60,956 bases of DNA from Thainema sp. (GCA_052168235.1 JBQLZK010000046.1:1-60956); one strand, 5' to 3'; counted from the first letter of the stretch, positions 29,087 to 40,349 are shown. Numbers and translations are program-made. The notes: generated from the sequence alone by a model not told the origin.

Positions 29087-30780
29087 TAGGTTGCCGCCGC
29101 AGACGGTTCGGGAACGGTGGGCAATAGCTGAATCGTGTCAGCATCGTAGTTCGACTGCCGATTGAGCGCGGTGCGGGGCAGGACTCGCAGCACTTCATCG
29201 ACAGTTGTAATCCCCATTAAGACTTTTTCAATTGCCGCGTTGCGGAACGACATAAAATCAATCTTGTTAAGGTAGCGGTGAAGCTGAGTGATCGTGCCGT
29301 CATACATGATTTCACGAATGCGATCGTCTACCTCCAGCAGTTCCACAGTTGCCTCACGGCCCAAATAGCCCGACTGCAAACAGTGGCTACAGCCTTTCCC
29401 CTGCTGCCAGTTGGCCTGACTCACCTGCTTTTTATCCAGCCCCAGCAGCTTCAATCCTTGGGGATTAGGTCGGGCAGGTTCGCTGCAGTGGGGGCAAATA
29501 CGGCGCACAAGTCGCTGAGCAACAACTCCTAACAGCGCATCACTAATCAAACCTGGATCGGGGCCAATGTCTTTGATGCGGGGGATGGCTCCCACTGCAT
29601 CGTTCGTGTGCAGTGTCGTAAACACCAGGTGACCTGTCAGAGCAGCTCGCACAGCGGTTTCAGCGGTGGCGTGGTCGCGCACCTCCCCCACCATAATGAT
29701 GTCGGGATCTTGGCGCAGAATTGCTCGCAGCCCTGCCGCAAACGTCATGCCTGCGGCCTCATTGACTTGCGTTTGAGTAATACAGGGTAAGACGTACTCA
29801 ACCGGGTCTTCCACCGTCACCACATTGACATCTTCAGTTGCGATCGCTTGTAGGCTGGTGTACAAAGTACTGGTTTTACCTGAACCCGTAGGGCCGGTAA
29901 ACACAATCAGGCCTTGGGGTTGCCGCAGCCAAGACTTATAGGTAGTCAAAGACTTGGCCGAAAAGCCTAATTTATCGATGGTGGAGAAGGGGTTTTTACG
30001 GGGCAGCAGCCGCACAACGGCCTTTTCGCCGCCGACGCAGGGCAGCGTACTCACCCGCATATCCATCTCCAGGCCTGCATCCTGACCGAGGGCATACTGC
30101 TCACCGATGCGGCCATCTTGGGGACGGCGACTGTCAGCAATGTCCATATTGGCCATTACTTTGAGCGCCACGACCACCCGCCGACTCACCTCCAGCGGTA
30201 GCGTTGTGATGTTACGCAGTACGCCGTCAATCCGGTAGCGCACCCGTAAGCCGGCTTCGGTTGGCTCCAGGTGAATATCGCTGGCTCGGTAGCGTAAGGC
30301 ACTGGAGATAATGGCTTTGATCCGTTCCCGCTGGCCTTCTGCCTTAGCCAGAAAGAGCTCAGTCGTTTCTCCGGCATCTTCCTGTAGGTGTTCTCCAGAC
30401 AGCGGATCGAGCAGTGGGCCAGCTTGAATTTGATTGAGATCAATGGTGCGACTGTGGTGCCAAGCTCGATAGCTCTTGGCCGTAATCGACACGATTTGAA
30501 TAGTTGTGAGTGTGCGATCGCTAAGTTGCGTCAAAATCTCTGGCGCGATTTCGCTGGGACTGCCTAGATAGAAGCAGTTTTGCCAAAGCAATAGCGGAAC
30601 TACTGGCGGTAGCTGCTGCCCTGGAAAATGCTGAAAGAAGCGACTGCACACTTCCTCATCTAGCACCTCCAAATTGAGGCTACCCTGCTCATTGCACAGA
30701 AGCCTAAGCGCCATCTCACAGGTGATTTCGCCTCGCTTGAGCTGTTTCCAAGCAGAAACGGACCAAGATATTGTCTGCAT
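29086..30780 (-). CDS. GspE/PulE/PilB family secretion ATPase
   Basis: ASDIHLEP, PQDGR, Walker A GPTGSGKT, EDPVE, LRQDPD, TGH..HTND, CPHC/CSHC Zn motif. Confidence 0.93.
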   Translation of the reverse strand: MQTISWSVSAWKQLKRGEITCEMALRLLCNEQGSLNLEVLDEEVCSRFFQHFPGQQLPPVVPLLLWQNCFYLGSPSEIAPEILTQLSDRTLTTIQIVSITAKSYRAWHHSRTIDLNQIQAGPLLDPLSGEHLQEDAGETTELFLAKAEGQRERIKAIISSALRYRASDIHLEPTEAGLRVRYRIDGVLRNITTLPLEVSRRVVVALKVMANMDIADSRRPQDGRIGEQYALGQDAGLEMDMRVSTLPCVGGEKAVVRLLPRKNPFSTIDKLGFSAKSLTTYKSWLRQPQGLIVFTGPTGSGKTSTLYTSLQAIATEDVNVVTVEDPVEYVLPCITQTQVNEAAGMTFAAGLRAILRQDPDIIMVGEVRDHATAETAVRAALTGHLVFTTLHTNDAVGAIPRIKDIGPDPGLISDALLGVVAQRLVRRICPHCSEPARPNPQGLKLLGLDKKQVSQANWQQGKGCSHCLQSGYLGREATVELLEVDDRIREIMYDGTITQLHRYLNKIDFMSFRNAAIEKVLMGITTVDEVLRVLPRTALNRQSNYDADTIQLLPTVPEPSAAAT

Positions 30781-30983
30781 GCGGTTTTTAAGATGTGAAT
30801 TACTAGGTCAGCTGGTTTGCGTGGTTTGTATAGTTTGCGTGGTTTGCGATCGCACCCAAAATCTAGCTTCCGCCATTTGTATTCTGACTGGAACATCTGT
30901 GTGGAGCGGCTTAAAGCCACTTCACACAGATGTTTCTACCTAACTAGCTGGGGCTGTAGCTGCAATCTTATCGAAATTAAGCG

Positions 30984-32486
30984 CTATCGAGTGAAACCTC
31001 TCAGAGCAACTGGGCGATTATCCGTCCGCCAGATGGCATAAGTGATGCCTGCTCCTTGAGAATTAACGTACATGTACTGACCATTGGGTGAGAAGCAGGC
31101 ACCTGCAAACTCACTGGTGTTGCCTGGGATGATGTTTTGGGCGAAGTTAAACAGACCACCCGAAGCATCTACACCAACAACCCGCTGGCTGTAGTTCGGT
31201 TCACCAAAGGTGCCGCTGCTGCCATCTTCACAGAGATAGATCGTGCCATCACGGGCAACAGTGATATTGTCTGGGCCATCTAGCAGGTTTTCGTCGGTCG
31301 ATTCGACGATCAGAGTAACCGTCTCGGTTGCGGGATCATAAGCCCAAACTTGGCCTTCTCCTTCATCACCTGCATTGCTGCAAACCCAGTAGTGCTTGCC
31401 TTGGTGATACCAAGCGCCCTCACCGCGATACCAAACGGCTGCACCCTTAGCTTGTGCTTCAAACCGCAGAGTATCTTCTTCAGGATCAACGTCTTCTAGC
31501 TTGACCCACTCGACTGCAAGCGGTTGACCCAAGAACGCCAAGATGCTGCCGGACGCGCCACCTTCAAGTCCACGCGTATCTACAACCTCTGTACCGTTTA
31601 AGATGCTGGTTGGTAAAGGCTCGCCCGTGCAGTTAGAGGTTTGATCTTTTTTGATCACCATTGCATAAAGGTCACCACCCTCTTGCAAATCGCCAAAGCG
31701 ACGAGACTTTCGCTTGGGTACAAATTTGTAATAGATACTGTCGCCACGGTCTTCCGTTTCGTAGACATAGCCACTCTGCGGGTCAACTGAAACAGCTTCA
31801 TGATTCATCCGACCCATATCGATCAAAGGAATCGCTTCAACAGCTTCACCCAGTTGAGAGGGGACCTCGAAGTTATATCCATGCTTCTTCGTAGCCATCG
31901 GATCTCCAGAAGGAGTTGTTGTATTCTCCTCGCAAGTAATCCAGGAACCCCAGTAGGTAGGACCACCAGCACAGTTGCGGATGGTGCCACTTAGAGAAAC
32001 ATAATCTCTAACGACTCTACCGTTACGGTCAACTTCAACGGTAGAAGTGCCACCTGCAGCAGATCCATTAAACGAATCATACCGCTTACCATTTTGAGCG
32101 ATAGTTGCACCACCAATACTTTGCTCATGGTTACGAACCAAAATGTAGTTGCCCTGGCGTCCCTGAAAAGCAGCCATACCATCATGATTACCCGGAACTA
32201 TTCCGCCATCGGACATTGGTTGTCCCTCAATGGAAATAGCAGTGTACTGAAACTTATCAGGTAAGCTCAGCAAGGGAACATTTCGAATGTCGCTAGGCAG
32301 CTCCATCGTATTCAAAGGCAACTTAGGACTAATTGGGCCAAAGCCGTTAACACTGAAGCTGGCCAAGTCACAGCTACCCTGAGCCATTGCTCTGCGGGCA
32401 TTTAGCATACCCATAGGAGCCAATGCAGTGCCTGCCGCTGCGGCTGACATCAACGCGACAAACTGTCGACGTGAAAGCTTAGACAT
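30984..32486 (-). CDS. phoX: PhoX-family alkaline phosphatase (DUF839), Tat-exported
   Basis: SRRQFV Tat motif; HDGMAAF, NCAGG..WGSWITCEE, HEA, PDN, CED, EFAG. Confidence 0.88.
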   Translation of the reverse strand: MSKLSRRQFVALMSAAAAGTALAPMGMLNARRAMAQGSCDLASFSVNGFGPISPKLPLNTMELPSDIRNVPLLSLPDKFQYTAISIEGQPMSDGGIVPGNHDGMAAFQGRQGNYILVRNHEQSIGGATIAQNGKRYDSFNGSAAGGTSTVEVDRNGRVVRDYVSLSGTIRNCAGGPTYWGSWITCEENTTTPSGDPMATKKHGYNFEVPSQLGEAVEAIPLIDMGRMNHEAVSVDPQSGYVYETEDRGDSIYYKFVPKRKSRRFGDLQEGGDLYAMVIKKDQTSNCTGEPLPTSILNGTEVVDTRGLEGGASGSILAFLGQPLAVEWVKLEDVDPEEDTLRFEAQAKGAAVWYRGEGAWYHQGKHYWVCSNAGDEGEGQVWAYDPATETVTLIVESTDENLLDGPDNITVARDGTIYLCEDGSSGTFGEPNYSQRVVGVDASGGLFNFAQNIIPGNTSEFAGACFSPNGQYMYVNSQGAGITYAIWRTDNRPVALRGFTR

Positions 32487-33017
32487 GATGTTCTCAACCC
32501 TCTAGGAATAATCAACACGTACCGTCGCTAAATAATTTTTAGAGCGACTATATCTCGGAATCGGCAATAGTAATGGGTAAAAAATTCGACTTTGATCGGA
32601 ACAAGGCGTTCTACTAATTCTCTGAAAGTTTAGAAAAAAGATTTACCCTGGAATCTCTGTTCCGATTTGCACTATATCAGAGAATTAAAATCACGATCAC
32701 AAACTATCATCTATTAGAAATTAGAAAGCAAATTTATGGTTAAAATTAGTTTATTGTTTGACAAAATTGAGAATTAAAATAACGCATTATCCTGCCAATA
32801 AGCAGGAAGTATAATAATATTTCTTTTAGATTCGACAGTTACTTAATCAGCGATCGCCTAAATTGAATTTAAGCGAATATAAAGCCTGCGATTCATGAAA
32901 TTAATTATGTTCTGCATCTAACTCGTTTTTCAGTAAGCGCTGCTGACAAAAGAAGCATGAAAGTTAAGTTGAGCTTCCATGAAGAGTGGAATTGGAATGA
33001 ACAATAGGAAGCTTATT

Positions 33018-33058
33018 ACATCAGGTTTATTATTTTTTAGCAAATAATAAACCTGATG
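33018..33058. terminator. Hairpin downstream of the 33094-33678 gene
   Basis: CATCAGGTTTATTATTT...AAATAATAAACCTGATG perfect stem. Confidence 0.5.
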
Positions 33059-33093
33059 CAGTGGTATCGACAGAACAATACTTTAAAGATCAA

Positions 33094-33678
33094 TTAGTCT
33101 AAAGCATCAACAGACTGCTGATATTCCTCTCGCGTCAGTAGACCATCTCTAAAGGCTGACTCAACCTGAACCCTGGCCTCTGCTTCATCAACAAACTCTT
33201 GTGACTGCGATTGGGGATTGACGCCGCTCGCACTTCTAGAGGAGCGCGCTATCCGATTATCAGTTTCATTACTGTCCTCATCATGGCGACTGAGTAATGC
33301 ATAAGTTGCGCTGTAGTAGCTGCCCCATCTATCAACCTGAGGCGAAGATTGCCATTGCTCACGGGAAACATTAACGATTAGAAGAGGGACAATATCGCCA
33401 ACGTAATGTCCTAGTACAACAACTTGAACTTCATTTAGACCAGGATTAAGATTGAACTGCTTGGTGATTTCAGATCTTGCCAGTAGCTCAGCCTGCTGAA
33501 TTGCACTGGTGTATCTTAATTGATTTGGGATTTCCAAATCTACGGTGAAAGAATTCGCGCCAACTTGAGCTGCTGAGGCGCTAGATACACCGATACTCGA
33601 CAGCGCTATTGAAGCAGCAATAGCAGCCACAAAAAACCGCTGAGTTGAACAACGAAAACCAAGGCATTTACTGAGCAT
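33094..33678 (-). CDS. Hypothetical secreted protein
   Basis: Signal peptide (ASA-A) followed by a globular domain. Confidence 0.65.
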   Translation of the reverse strand: MLSKCLGFRCSTQRFFVAAIAASIALSSIGVSSASAAQVGANSFTVDLEIPNQLRYTSAIQQAELLARSEITKQFNLNPGLNEVQVVVLGHYVGDIVPLLIVNVSREQWQSSPQVDRWGSYYSATYALLSRHDEDSNETDNRIARSSRSASGVNPQSQSQEFVDEAEARVQVESAFRDGLLTREEYQQSVDALD

Positions 33679-34078
33679 TTTTTCTTTGATTATCTCTAAA
33701 CATTCAATTGATTTAGAATCTAGAAAATTTTGGAGGATTCAATGGATTTTCTAAATCAAGCTATGAAAGGACAGTTTGAGCTAAACACTGCGAGACAAAA
33801 AATGCCGCTGAAATGCTACACCCAAATTCAGGGTTTTTACTCAGTGAAATACTCTCACATCAATGCTAAGCAATGGGTAAAGCCGGGGTTAAATAAAGTT
33901 CAATTATGATTAACTGGGGTTAAAGGACGAGGCAACTGTTGGCTCTAATGCCGCAGCACGATGGGCTTTGGGAAACTTATAAATAGTTGTTTAAGTTACA
34001 GATTTGGAGCGGACTCTTTGATCCCCATCGCTTCTCTGACGCTCGTCAACGGTATTTACGCGGTATTGTGCTTAACAC

Positions 34079-34110
34079 TTGACTCTCTACCTAACTAGAG
34101 GGTTCATCAT
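34079..34110 (+). promoter_or_regulatory. MerR/CueR-type promoter-operator
   Basis: TTGACT -35, 20-bp spacer, CATCAT -10; dyad ACTCTCTA-N6-TAGAGGGT overlapping the spacer; directly upstream of the Cu-ATPase. Confidence 0.75.
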
Positions 34111-34140
34111 AGGAATAGCCCTTCTCGCAGGAGCTCACCT

Positions 34141-36420
34141 ATGGAACAGGCAACCTTAAAACTTCAGGGCATGAGCTGTGCAGGCTGTGCCAACGCCATC
34201 GAAAATGCAATTCGCTCTGTATCGGGAGTTGATGAATGCAGCGTCAACTTTGGCATGGAGCAGGCCTCGATTCAGTATCACTCCGGCCAAACAAATTTAA
34301 AGCAGATTCAAGCTGCGATCGCAGATGCTGGCTACAGTGCTTTTCCGCTGGAGGATGAGCGCAGCAGCGAGGCAGCGGAAGAGGCGGCTCAGGAAAAGCT
34401 GCAGCAGTTGCAGCGGCGGGTGATCGTTGGTGGCGTGATTAGCGCCATTTTGGTGTTTGGCTCAATCCCGATGATGACAGGTCTGGAGATTGGCTGGATT
34501 CCCGCGTGGCTGCATCATCCCTGGGTGCAGTTGGTGCTGACGCTGCCTGTGCAGTTTTGGTGCGGCTATCAGTTCTATATCAATAGCTGGAAGTCGTTCT
34601 GGCGGCACACGGCGACGATGGATACGCTAATTGCGCTCGGTACTAGCGCAGCGTTTTTCTATTCGGTTGTCGTAACGCTAATTTTGACGCTGTTCCCTAA
34701 CTTTTTTGTTCGCCAAGGACTGTCGCCTGCGGTCTATTACGAATCGGCAGCCGTTGTGATTACGCTGATTCTGCTGGGTCGGCTGTTGGAGCAGCGGGCC
34801 AAGGGGCAAACCTCGGAGGCCATTCGCAAGCTGATTGGTCTACAGGCCAAAACGGCGCGGCTGGTGCGGGATGGCCAAACCGTTGATGTGCCGATCGAAT
34901 CAGTACAGGTCGGCGATATCGTGCTGGTGCGTCCGGGTGAAAAGATTCCGGTGGATGGCGTCGTCACCGAAGGTTCCTCGACGATTGATGAGTCGATGGT
35001 GACGGGGGAAAGCATTCCGGTGCAGAAGCAGTCAGGCGATGAAGTGATTGGCGCAACGATTAATAAGACGGGCAGTTTCCAGTTCCAGGCAACCCGAATT
35101 GGCCGTGATACGGTGCTGGCGCAAATCGTGCAACTGGTGCAGCAGGCTCAAAGCGCAAAGGCTCCCATTCAGCGATTGGCGGATCAGGTGACGGGCTGGT
35201 TCGTGCCCGTGGTGATTGCGATCGCACTTTTGACGTTCATCATTTGGTTTAACGTCATGGGCAATCTCACGCTGGCGCTGGTGACGATGGTGGGCGTGCT
35301 GATTATTGCCTGTCCCTGCGCGCTGGGCTTGGCGACTCCGACATCAGTGATGGTCGGCACGGGTAAAGGCGCAGAAAACGGCATTTTGATTAAGGGAGCC
35401 GATAGCCTAGAAGTGGCACATAAGATTGAAACGATTGTGCTGGATAAAACGGGCACGCTGACGCAGGGACAGCCCACAGTGACCGACTTTATGACGGTGC
35501 AGGGAACAGCCAATCAGAACGAGCTGAAGCTGATCCGACTCGCCGCTTCAGTCGAGCAGAACTCCGAGCATCCCCTGGCCGAAGCGCTGGTGCAGTATGC
35601 GCGATCGCAAGAAGTGGATTTGACGGCTGCTCAAGATTTTGACGCATTAGCAGGTAGCGGCGTGCAGGCGATTGTGTCAGATCGAATGGTACGCATCGGC
35701 ACCGCCCGCTGGTTGAGAGAGCTGGGCTTAGACACTGCGGCTCTTCAGGTGCAGGCAGAGCGGATTGAGGCTGAGGGTAAGACGGTGGTGTGGCTCGCTG
35801 TTGATCAGGATGTAGAAGCGATCTTTGGCATTGCTGATGCCCTGAAACCCTCTTCGGCTGAGGCCGTGCGCCGCCTGCGCCGCATGGGACTAGACGTGGT
35901 GATGCTGACGGGCGACAATCGCGCCACGGCAGAAGCGATCGCACGAGAAGCCGGGATTCATCGCGTTTTTGCCGAAGTGCGTCCCGATCAGAAAGCGGAG
36001 CAAATCCTAAAGCTCCAGAGAGAAGGTAAGCGTGGAGAACCCAAGCGAGTGGCAATGGTGGGTGACGGCATCAACGATGCGCCCGCACTTGCCCAAGCCG
36101 ATGTCGGCATTGCCATTGGCACAGGTACCGACGTTGCGATCGCAGCTAGCGATATTACCCTAATCTCCGGTGACCTGCAGGGAATCGTGACCGCCATTCA
36201 GCTCAGTCGCGCCACCATGCAGAACATTCGCCAAAATTTGTTCTTTGCCTTCATCTACAACGTCTTGGGTATTCCCATCGCCGCAGGCGTCCTCTTCCCC
36301 CTCACAGGCTGGCTGTTAAACCCCATCATCGCCGGAGCCGCAATGGCCTTCAGCTCCGTCTCCGTCGTCACCAATGCCCTCCGACTCCGCCGCTTCCAAC
36401 CCAAATCCATTCGCCCCTAG
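34141..36420 (+). CDS. pacS: Copper-translocating P1B-type ATPase (PacS/CopA-like)
   Basis: GMSCAGC HMA domain, [32 protein letters not shown] and MAFSS. Confidence 0.9.
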   Translation: MEQATLKLQGMSCAGCANAIENAIRSVSGVDECSVNFGMEQASIQYHSGQTNLKQIQAAIADAGYSAFPLEDERSSEAAEEAAQEKLQQLQRRVIVGGVISAILVFGSIPMMTGLEIGWIPAWLHHPWVQLVLTLPVQFWCGYQFYINSWKSFWRHTATMDTLIALGTSAAFFYSVVVTLILTLFPNFFVRQGLSPAVYYESAAVVITLILLGRLLEQRAKGQTSEAIRKLIGLQAKTARLVRDGQTVDVPIESVQVGDIVLVRPGEKIPVDGVVTEGSSTIDESMVTGESIPVQKQSGDEVIGATINKTGSFQFQATRIGRDTVLAQIVQLVQQAQSAKAPIQRLADQVTGWFVPVVIAIALLTFIIWFNVMGNLTLALVTMVGVLIIACPCALGLATPTSVMVGTGKGAENGILIKGADSLEVAHKIETIVLDKTGTLTQGQPTVTDFMTVQGTANQNELKLIRLAASVEQNSEHPLAEALVQYARSQEVDLTAAQDFDALAGSGVQAIVSDRMVRIGTARWLRELGLDTAALQVQAERIEAEGKTVVWLAVDQDVEAIFGIADALKPSSAEAVRRLRRMGLDVVMLTGDNRATAEAIAREAGIHRVFAEVRPDQKAEQILKLQREGKRGEPKRVAMVGDGINDAPALAQADVGIAIGTGTDVAIAASDITLISGDLQGIVTAIQLSRATMQNIRQNLFFAFIYNVLGIPIAAGVLFPLTGWLLNPIIAGAAMAFSSVSVVTNALRLRRFQPKSIRP

Positions 36421-36469
36421 CAGCCCTACATCTCCCCATCTCCCCATCTCCCAAACTCCCCACAACCCC

Positions 36470-36877
36470 ATGAACCACTCCCCCCAACCACCTAACAACC
36501 AATCCAATAAAACTGCGATCGCATCTCCCCAATCCGCGCTTATCTGGAGTGGCTTGCTAGTTGGGACTTTTCTGACAATCGCTGCACCAACTGTCTCTTC
36601 TACTCCTTATCAGGCCAAAGTCACGGGCTGGGATAGTTCACCAGCTGAACGCTATATGGCCCAGCCGATGACAGATTCTATGCTGGGTTCTATGCCACAC
36701 TCAATGCCCGATTCTATGCCCAACTCAATGACAGACCCCACGACCGATCCGGATACCTCATTTCAACCTATCGATCAGCCACTGGGCGTGAAAGCACTAG
36801 TGACAATTGGCGGACTCGCTTTGATGGCTGGCGAACTGTGGTGGTTTCTTGGCAATCGCGTGAGGTCGGATGGCTAG
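36470..36877 (+). CDS. Met-rich membrane protein associated with the Cu-ATPase (cupredoxin-accessory N-terminal-like)
   Basis: Signal/TM segment, MxxS repeats, C-terminal FQPIDQPLGVKALVTIGGLALMAGELWWFL. Confidence 0.6.
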   Translation: MNHSPQPPNNQSNKTAIASPQSALIWSGLLVGTFLTIAAPTVSSTPYQAKVTGWDSSPAERYMAQPMTDSMLGSMPHSMPDSMPNSMTDPTTDPDTSFQPIDQPLGVKALVTIGGLALMAGELWWFLGNRVRSDG

Positions 36878-36911
36878 TGCCCTTACTCGCATAGGCATCT
36901 TACAAATCGAG

Positions 36912-36968
36912 AACCCGGAGAGGTTAGTTGATGGCTGTGTTGCAGTGACAGACTAACCTCTTCGGGTT
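36912..36968. repeat. REP-like hairpin/terminator
   Basis: AACCCGGAGAGGTTAGT...ACTAACCTCTTCGGGTT. Confidence 0.6.
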
Positions 36969-37110
36969 TTGGTGCAATGAGTTCTTTGTCATTTCGTATA
37001 CCAAATTCAACTTTTGTTTAGATTTTAAACTTCTCAAAATTTAGCGGGCAATCCTAAGGGTAGACAGCACAACTAACTTCTCAGATCGCGCTTATCACGC
37101 TGCTACTGCT

Positions 37111-40100
37111 ATGAACTGCGATCGCACAACTACTCAAGTAAGTAGGAAACCAATGGCCCAGTCTTTCGTGCCGGGATTTCAACCATTAGCCCTTGCTATG
37201 CTCGACAATTTGGCCGATACCGTGATTCTCACCACCGAAGCGGGTGAGTTTCAGTTTATTAGCGCCTCCATCCAAGCATTGCTGGGATATTCCGTGCAGC
37301 AAGTTGAGCAGATGGGCAACATTCGTCACTTGCTGGGCAGCGGCTTGTTTTCGCTAGAAGAGCTAGCGCAGCAGGGTGAGTTGCGAAATTTGCCAGTTGA
37401 AACAGTTGATCAAGCGGGTCAACTGCGGCATCTCATTATGCACGTCAAGCGGCTAACTGGTGAAGAGCATCCTGTCCCCGTCCTGTGCTATACCTGCTTC
37501 GACCAAACTGAACAGGTACAGGCCATTGCCCAAATCCACCAGCAGCAGCGACAGTTCACAATGTTGCTATCGGCTCTATCAGATGCCGTACTCATCGTTA
37601 ATCATCAGGGTCATTGTGTGGAAGCCAATCCTGCGGCCAGCCAACTGCTCGGCTACTCGCGGGCTTATCTGCTGGGCTGTTGCCTATCGGATTTGCTAGA
37701 GTCGGGTTCAACTCCTGTTACCCTACCCTGGCTATTTCAGCAGGATAATCCAGAGCCAAATTTATCTGCAAGAGGGCGAAATGGTGTTCTTCTGCCCGTC
37801 ACCTGTACGCTGCTGCCTGATTATCGTCCCCAGCATCATCTGCTCGTCCTGCGAGAAAATCGCGATCGCAGTTATCGCGTTGACAGCCAAGAACAGCTGC
37901 AGCAGCTCAATCAACTGCTGGAAGTGCGAGTGCAGCAGCGTACTCACGAACTACAACAGGCCCATCAGCAGGAATCACTGATCCGTAAGATGACGGAGCG
38001 CATCCGCCAGTCGCTTCAGTTAGAGGATATCCTGAATACCACCGTGGCTGAGGTAAAAGAGTTTTTTAACTGCGATCGCGTATTAGCTTACTGCCTCGAT
38101 CCAGCTGTGGGTGGCCGAGTCGTCGCTGAAGCGGTTGGCAAAGATTGGCAGTCGGTTCTCGGTCGAGAAATTAACGACTGCTACTTTAACGATATCTACG
38201 CCGAGCTGTATCGCCAGGGTCGGGTTCACGCCGTCACCGACATTTACGCCGCTCAGCTAACCCCCTGCCACGTGGAGCTACTTGCCCGGTTGCAAGTCCG
38301 CGCTAATCTAGCCGTGCCCATCGTGGCGGATGAAAAGTTGTGGGGATTGTTGGTGGTGCAGCAGTGTCGCTCAGTGCGCGAGTGGCAGCGGCTGGAGATT
38401 CAACTGCTGCAACAGCTTGCCACCCAAGTTGCGATCGCAATTCACCAGTCAGAGCTGTATCGACAAGTCCAGGTCGAGCTAACAGAACGTCAGCGAGCCG
38501 AAGCTCGTCTGCAGGAGCAGGAGCAGTTCCTCCGCTGCATCTATGACAACATTCAGGAAGGCATTTTTGTGCTTGACGTTCTCGCCGATGGCACGATTCA
38601 GTACGCTGGACTGAATCCGGTCTATGAGCAGCTTTTCGCCATTTCTACAGACGTTATCCAGGGCCAGAAACCAGAAGAGGTATTATCACCAGCGCTGGCC
38701 CGCTCCATTCAAGAGCGCTGCCAGCGCTGTCTACGCAGCGGCAACACCATCATCTCCGAAGAAATGATTCCGTTCCAGGAGCAGTCGCTCTGGTGGTTAA
38801 CCAGCCTGGCACCGCTGCACAATGCTGACGGATACATTGATCGCATTATTGGCACCAGTACAAATATTACAGAACTCAAACAGGCTGAAGCAGAACTGCG
38901 TCAGCAAGCGGCATGGGAGCAGATGCTAAATGCTCAGCTAGAACGGCGGGTGAAAGCTCGTACGGCTGAGCTGGAGCTAGCCTATGAGTTTGAAGCCATG
39001 CTGAAGCGCATTACGGACAAGGTGCGCCAAAGTCTGGACGAAGATCAAATTATTCAAACCGCCGTGCAGGAGCTAGCCCAAGCGATTGGCACTCACGGCT
39101 GCAACGCTTCACTTTATAATCTCAGTGAACGAGTGGCCCATGTCCGCTACGAGCACACCACGCTGTCCGGCTCCTATCTAGGACGCACGCTGCCAATGCA
39201 GAATGCGCCGGAAATTTACGAGCAGCTCCTCCAGGGACAAGCCTCTCAGTTTTGCTCTCTGATGCCCAATTCAGATCGAGGACGGGTGGCCTTGCTGGCT
39301 TACCCCATCATGGATAACCAAACCGTTTTGGGCGATCTGTGGCTGGTCAGCCGATCGGGGCACGCCTTCACAGAGCATGATATTCAGCTAGTGCAGCAGG
39401 TCGCTAACCAGTGCGGCATTGCCCTGCGCCAAGCCAATCTGTACCGAGCTGCCCAAGCCCAAGTCGTGGAACTAGAGCGCTTGAATCGGCTGAAGGATGA
39501 CTTCCTCAGCACGGTATCGCATGAGCTACGTACGCCAATGGCCAACATTCGCATGGCCACCGAAATGCTAGAGATGCAGCTGCAAGGATTGTTGAGGTGC
39601 CAACAATTTCACCAGGGAGTAGAAAAGCCAGGATGCGATCGCATTCCCAGTTACATCTCCATGCTCAAAATCGAATGTCAGCGTGAATCTCAACTAATTG
39701 ATGACTTATTAGATCTCTGCCGTTTAGATGCCGAGGTCGAACCGTTGTCCATGATTGAGATTAAGCCTGAAATTTGGCTCAGGCATATTGCTGAACCCTT
39801 CGAAGAGCGGATTCGGCAGCAGCAACAGCAGCTCTGCTTCGAAATCCCTGCTGCTTTACCGTCCATTGTGACAGATTTGTACTACCTAGAACGGATCATT
39901 AGTGAGTTACTCAACAACGCCTGCAAATACACGCCACCAGGTGAAACGGTTACCATTGCAGCGCAAACTAGCTTGGATCAAACCACGCTGAATATTCAAA
40001 TTAAGAACACAGGTGTCAGCATCCCACCCGCTGAGCAGGCGCGCATTTTCGAGAAGTTCTATCGCATACCCAACAGTGATCCTTGGAAATATGGCGGCAC

Positions 40101-40266
40101 CGGACTCGGCCTAGCCCTTGTCAAGAAGTTAGTCGCTACACTGAATGGCACAATCCAAGTCACCAGCCAATCAACAGAAACATGCTTCCTGATTAAGCTG
40201 CCTCTTCATACCAGGTCTACGAGTTCCGTTACTGATTCCGTGACTGATGTAGCACCACACCCGTAG
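37111..40266 (+). CDS. Multi-sensor histidine kinase PAS-PAS-GAF(CBCR-like)-PAS-GAF-HisKA-HATPase
   Basis: SHELRTP, ELLNNACKY, GGTGLGL; first GAF has DCYF...PCHVELL. The start may be 37153. Confidence 0.9.
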   Translation: MNCDRTTTQVSRKPMAQSFVPGFQPLALAMLDNLADTVILTTEAGEFQFISASIQALLGYSVQQVEQMGNIRHLLGSGLFSLEELAQQGELRNLPVETVDQAGQLRHLIMHVKRLTGEEHPVPVLCYTCFDQTEQVQAIAQIHQQQRQFTMLLSALSDAVLIVNHQGHCVEANPAASQLLGYSRAYLLGCCLSDLLESGSTPVTLPWLFQQDNPEPNLSARGRNGVLLPVTCTLLPDYRPQHHLLVLRENRDRSYRVDSQEQLQQLNQLLEVRVQQRTHELQQAHQQESLIRKMTERIRQSLQLEDILNTTVAEVKEFFNCDRVLAYCLDPAVGGRVVAEAVGKDWQSVLGREINDCYFNDIYAELYRQGRVHAVTDIYAAQLTPCHVELLARLQVRANLAVPIVADEKLWGLLVVQQCRSVREWQRLEIQLLQQLATQVAIAIHQSELYRQVQVELTERQRAEARLQEQEQFLRCIYDNIQEGIFVLDVLADGTIQYAGLNPVYEQLFAISTDVIQGQKPEEVLSPALARSIQERCQRCLRSGNTIISEEMIPFQEQSLWWLTSLAPLHNADGYIDRIIGTSTNITELKQAEAELRQQAAWEQMLNAQLERRVKARTAELELAYEFEAMLKRITDKVRQSLDEDQIIQTAVQELAQAIGTHGCNASLYNLSERVAHVRYEHTTLSGSYLGRTLPMQNAPEIYEQLLQGQASQFCSLMPNSDRGRVALLAYPIMDNQTVLGDLWLVSRSGHAFTEHDIQLVQQVANQCGIALRQANLYRAAQAQVVELERLNRLKDDFLSTVSHELRTPMANIRMATEMLEMQLQGLLRCQQFHQGVEKPGCDRIPSYISMLKIECQRESQLIDDLLDLCRLDAEVEPLSMIEIKPEIWLRHIAEPFEERIRQQQQQLCFEIPAALPSIVTDLYYLERIISELLNNACKYTPPGETVTIAAQTSLDQTTLNIQIKNTGVSIPPAEQARIFEKFYRIPNSDPWKYGGTGLGLALVKKLVATLNGTIQVTSQSTETCFLIKLPLHTRSTSSVTDSVTDVAPHP

Positions 40267-40268
40267 AC

Positions 40269-40320
40269 TAGGACATATATTTTGGGGAAAGCCACGCGGC
40301 GCGTGGCTTTCCCCAAAATG
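40269..40320. repeat. TAGGACA-headed hairpin repeat
   Basis: TAGGACATATATTTTGGGGAAAGCCACGCG-GCGCGTGGCTTTCCCCAAAAT; inverted homologue at 45591-45644. Confidence 0.7.
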
Positions 40321-40349
40321 TTGTTTTACTTAGATGCGTCGCGCATCTC

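Noticed and set aside
30810..30850. 9-bp tandem repeats (also heptamer-like repeats at 36425-36470)
   Set aside because: Ordinary cyanobacterial short tandem repeats.
32735..32760. Possible Pho box upstream of phoX
   Set aside because: Only two weak units at 11-bp spacing in AT-rich DNA; insufficient support.
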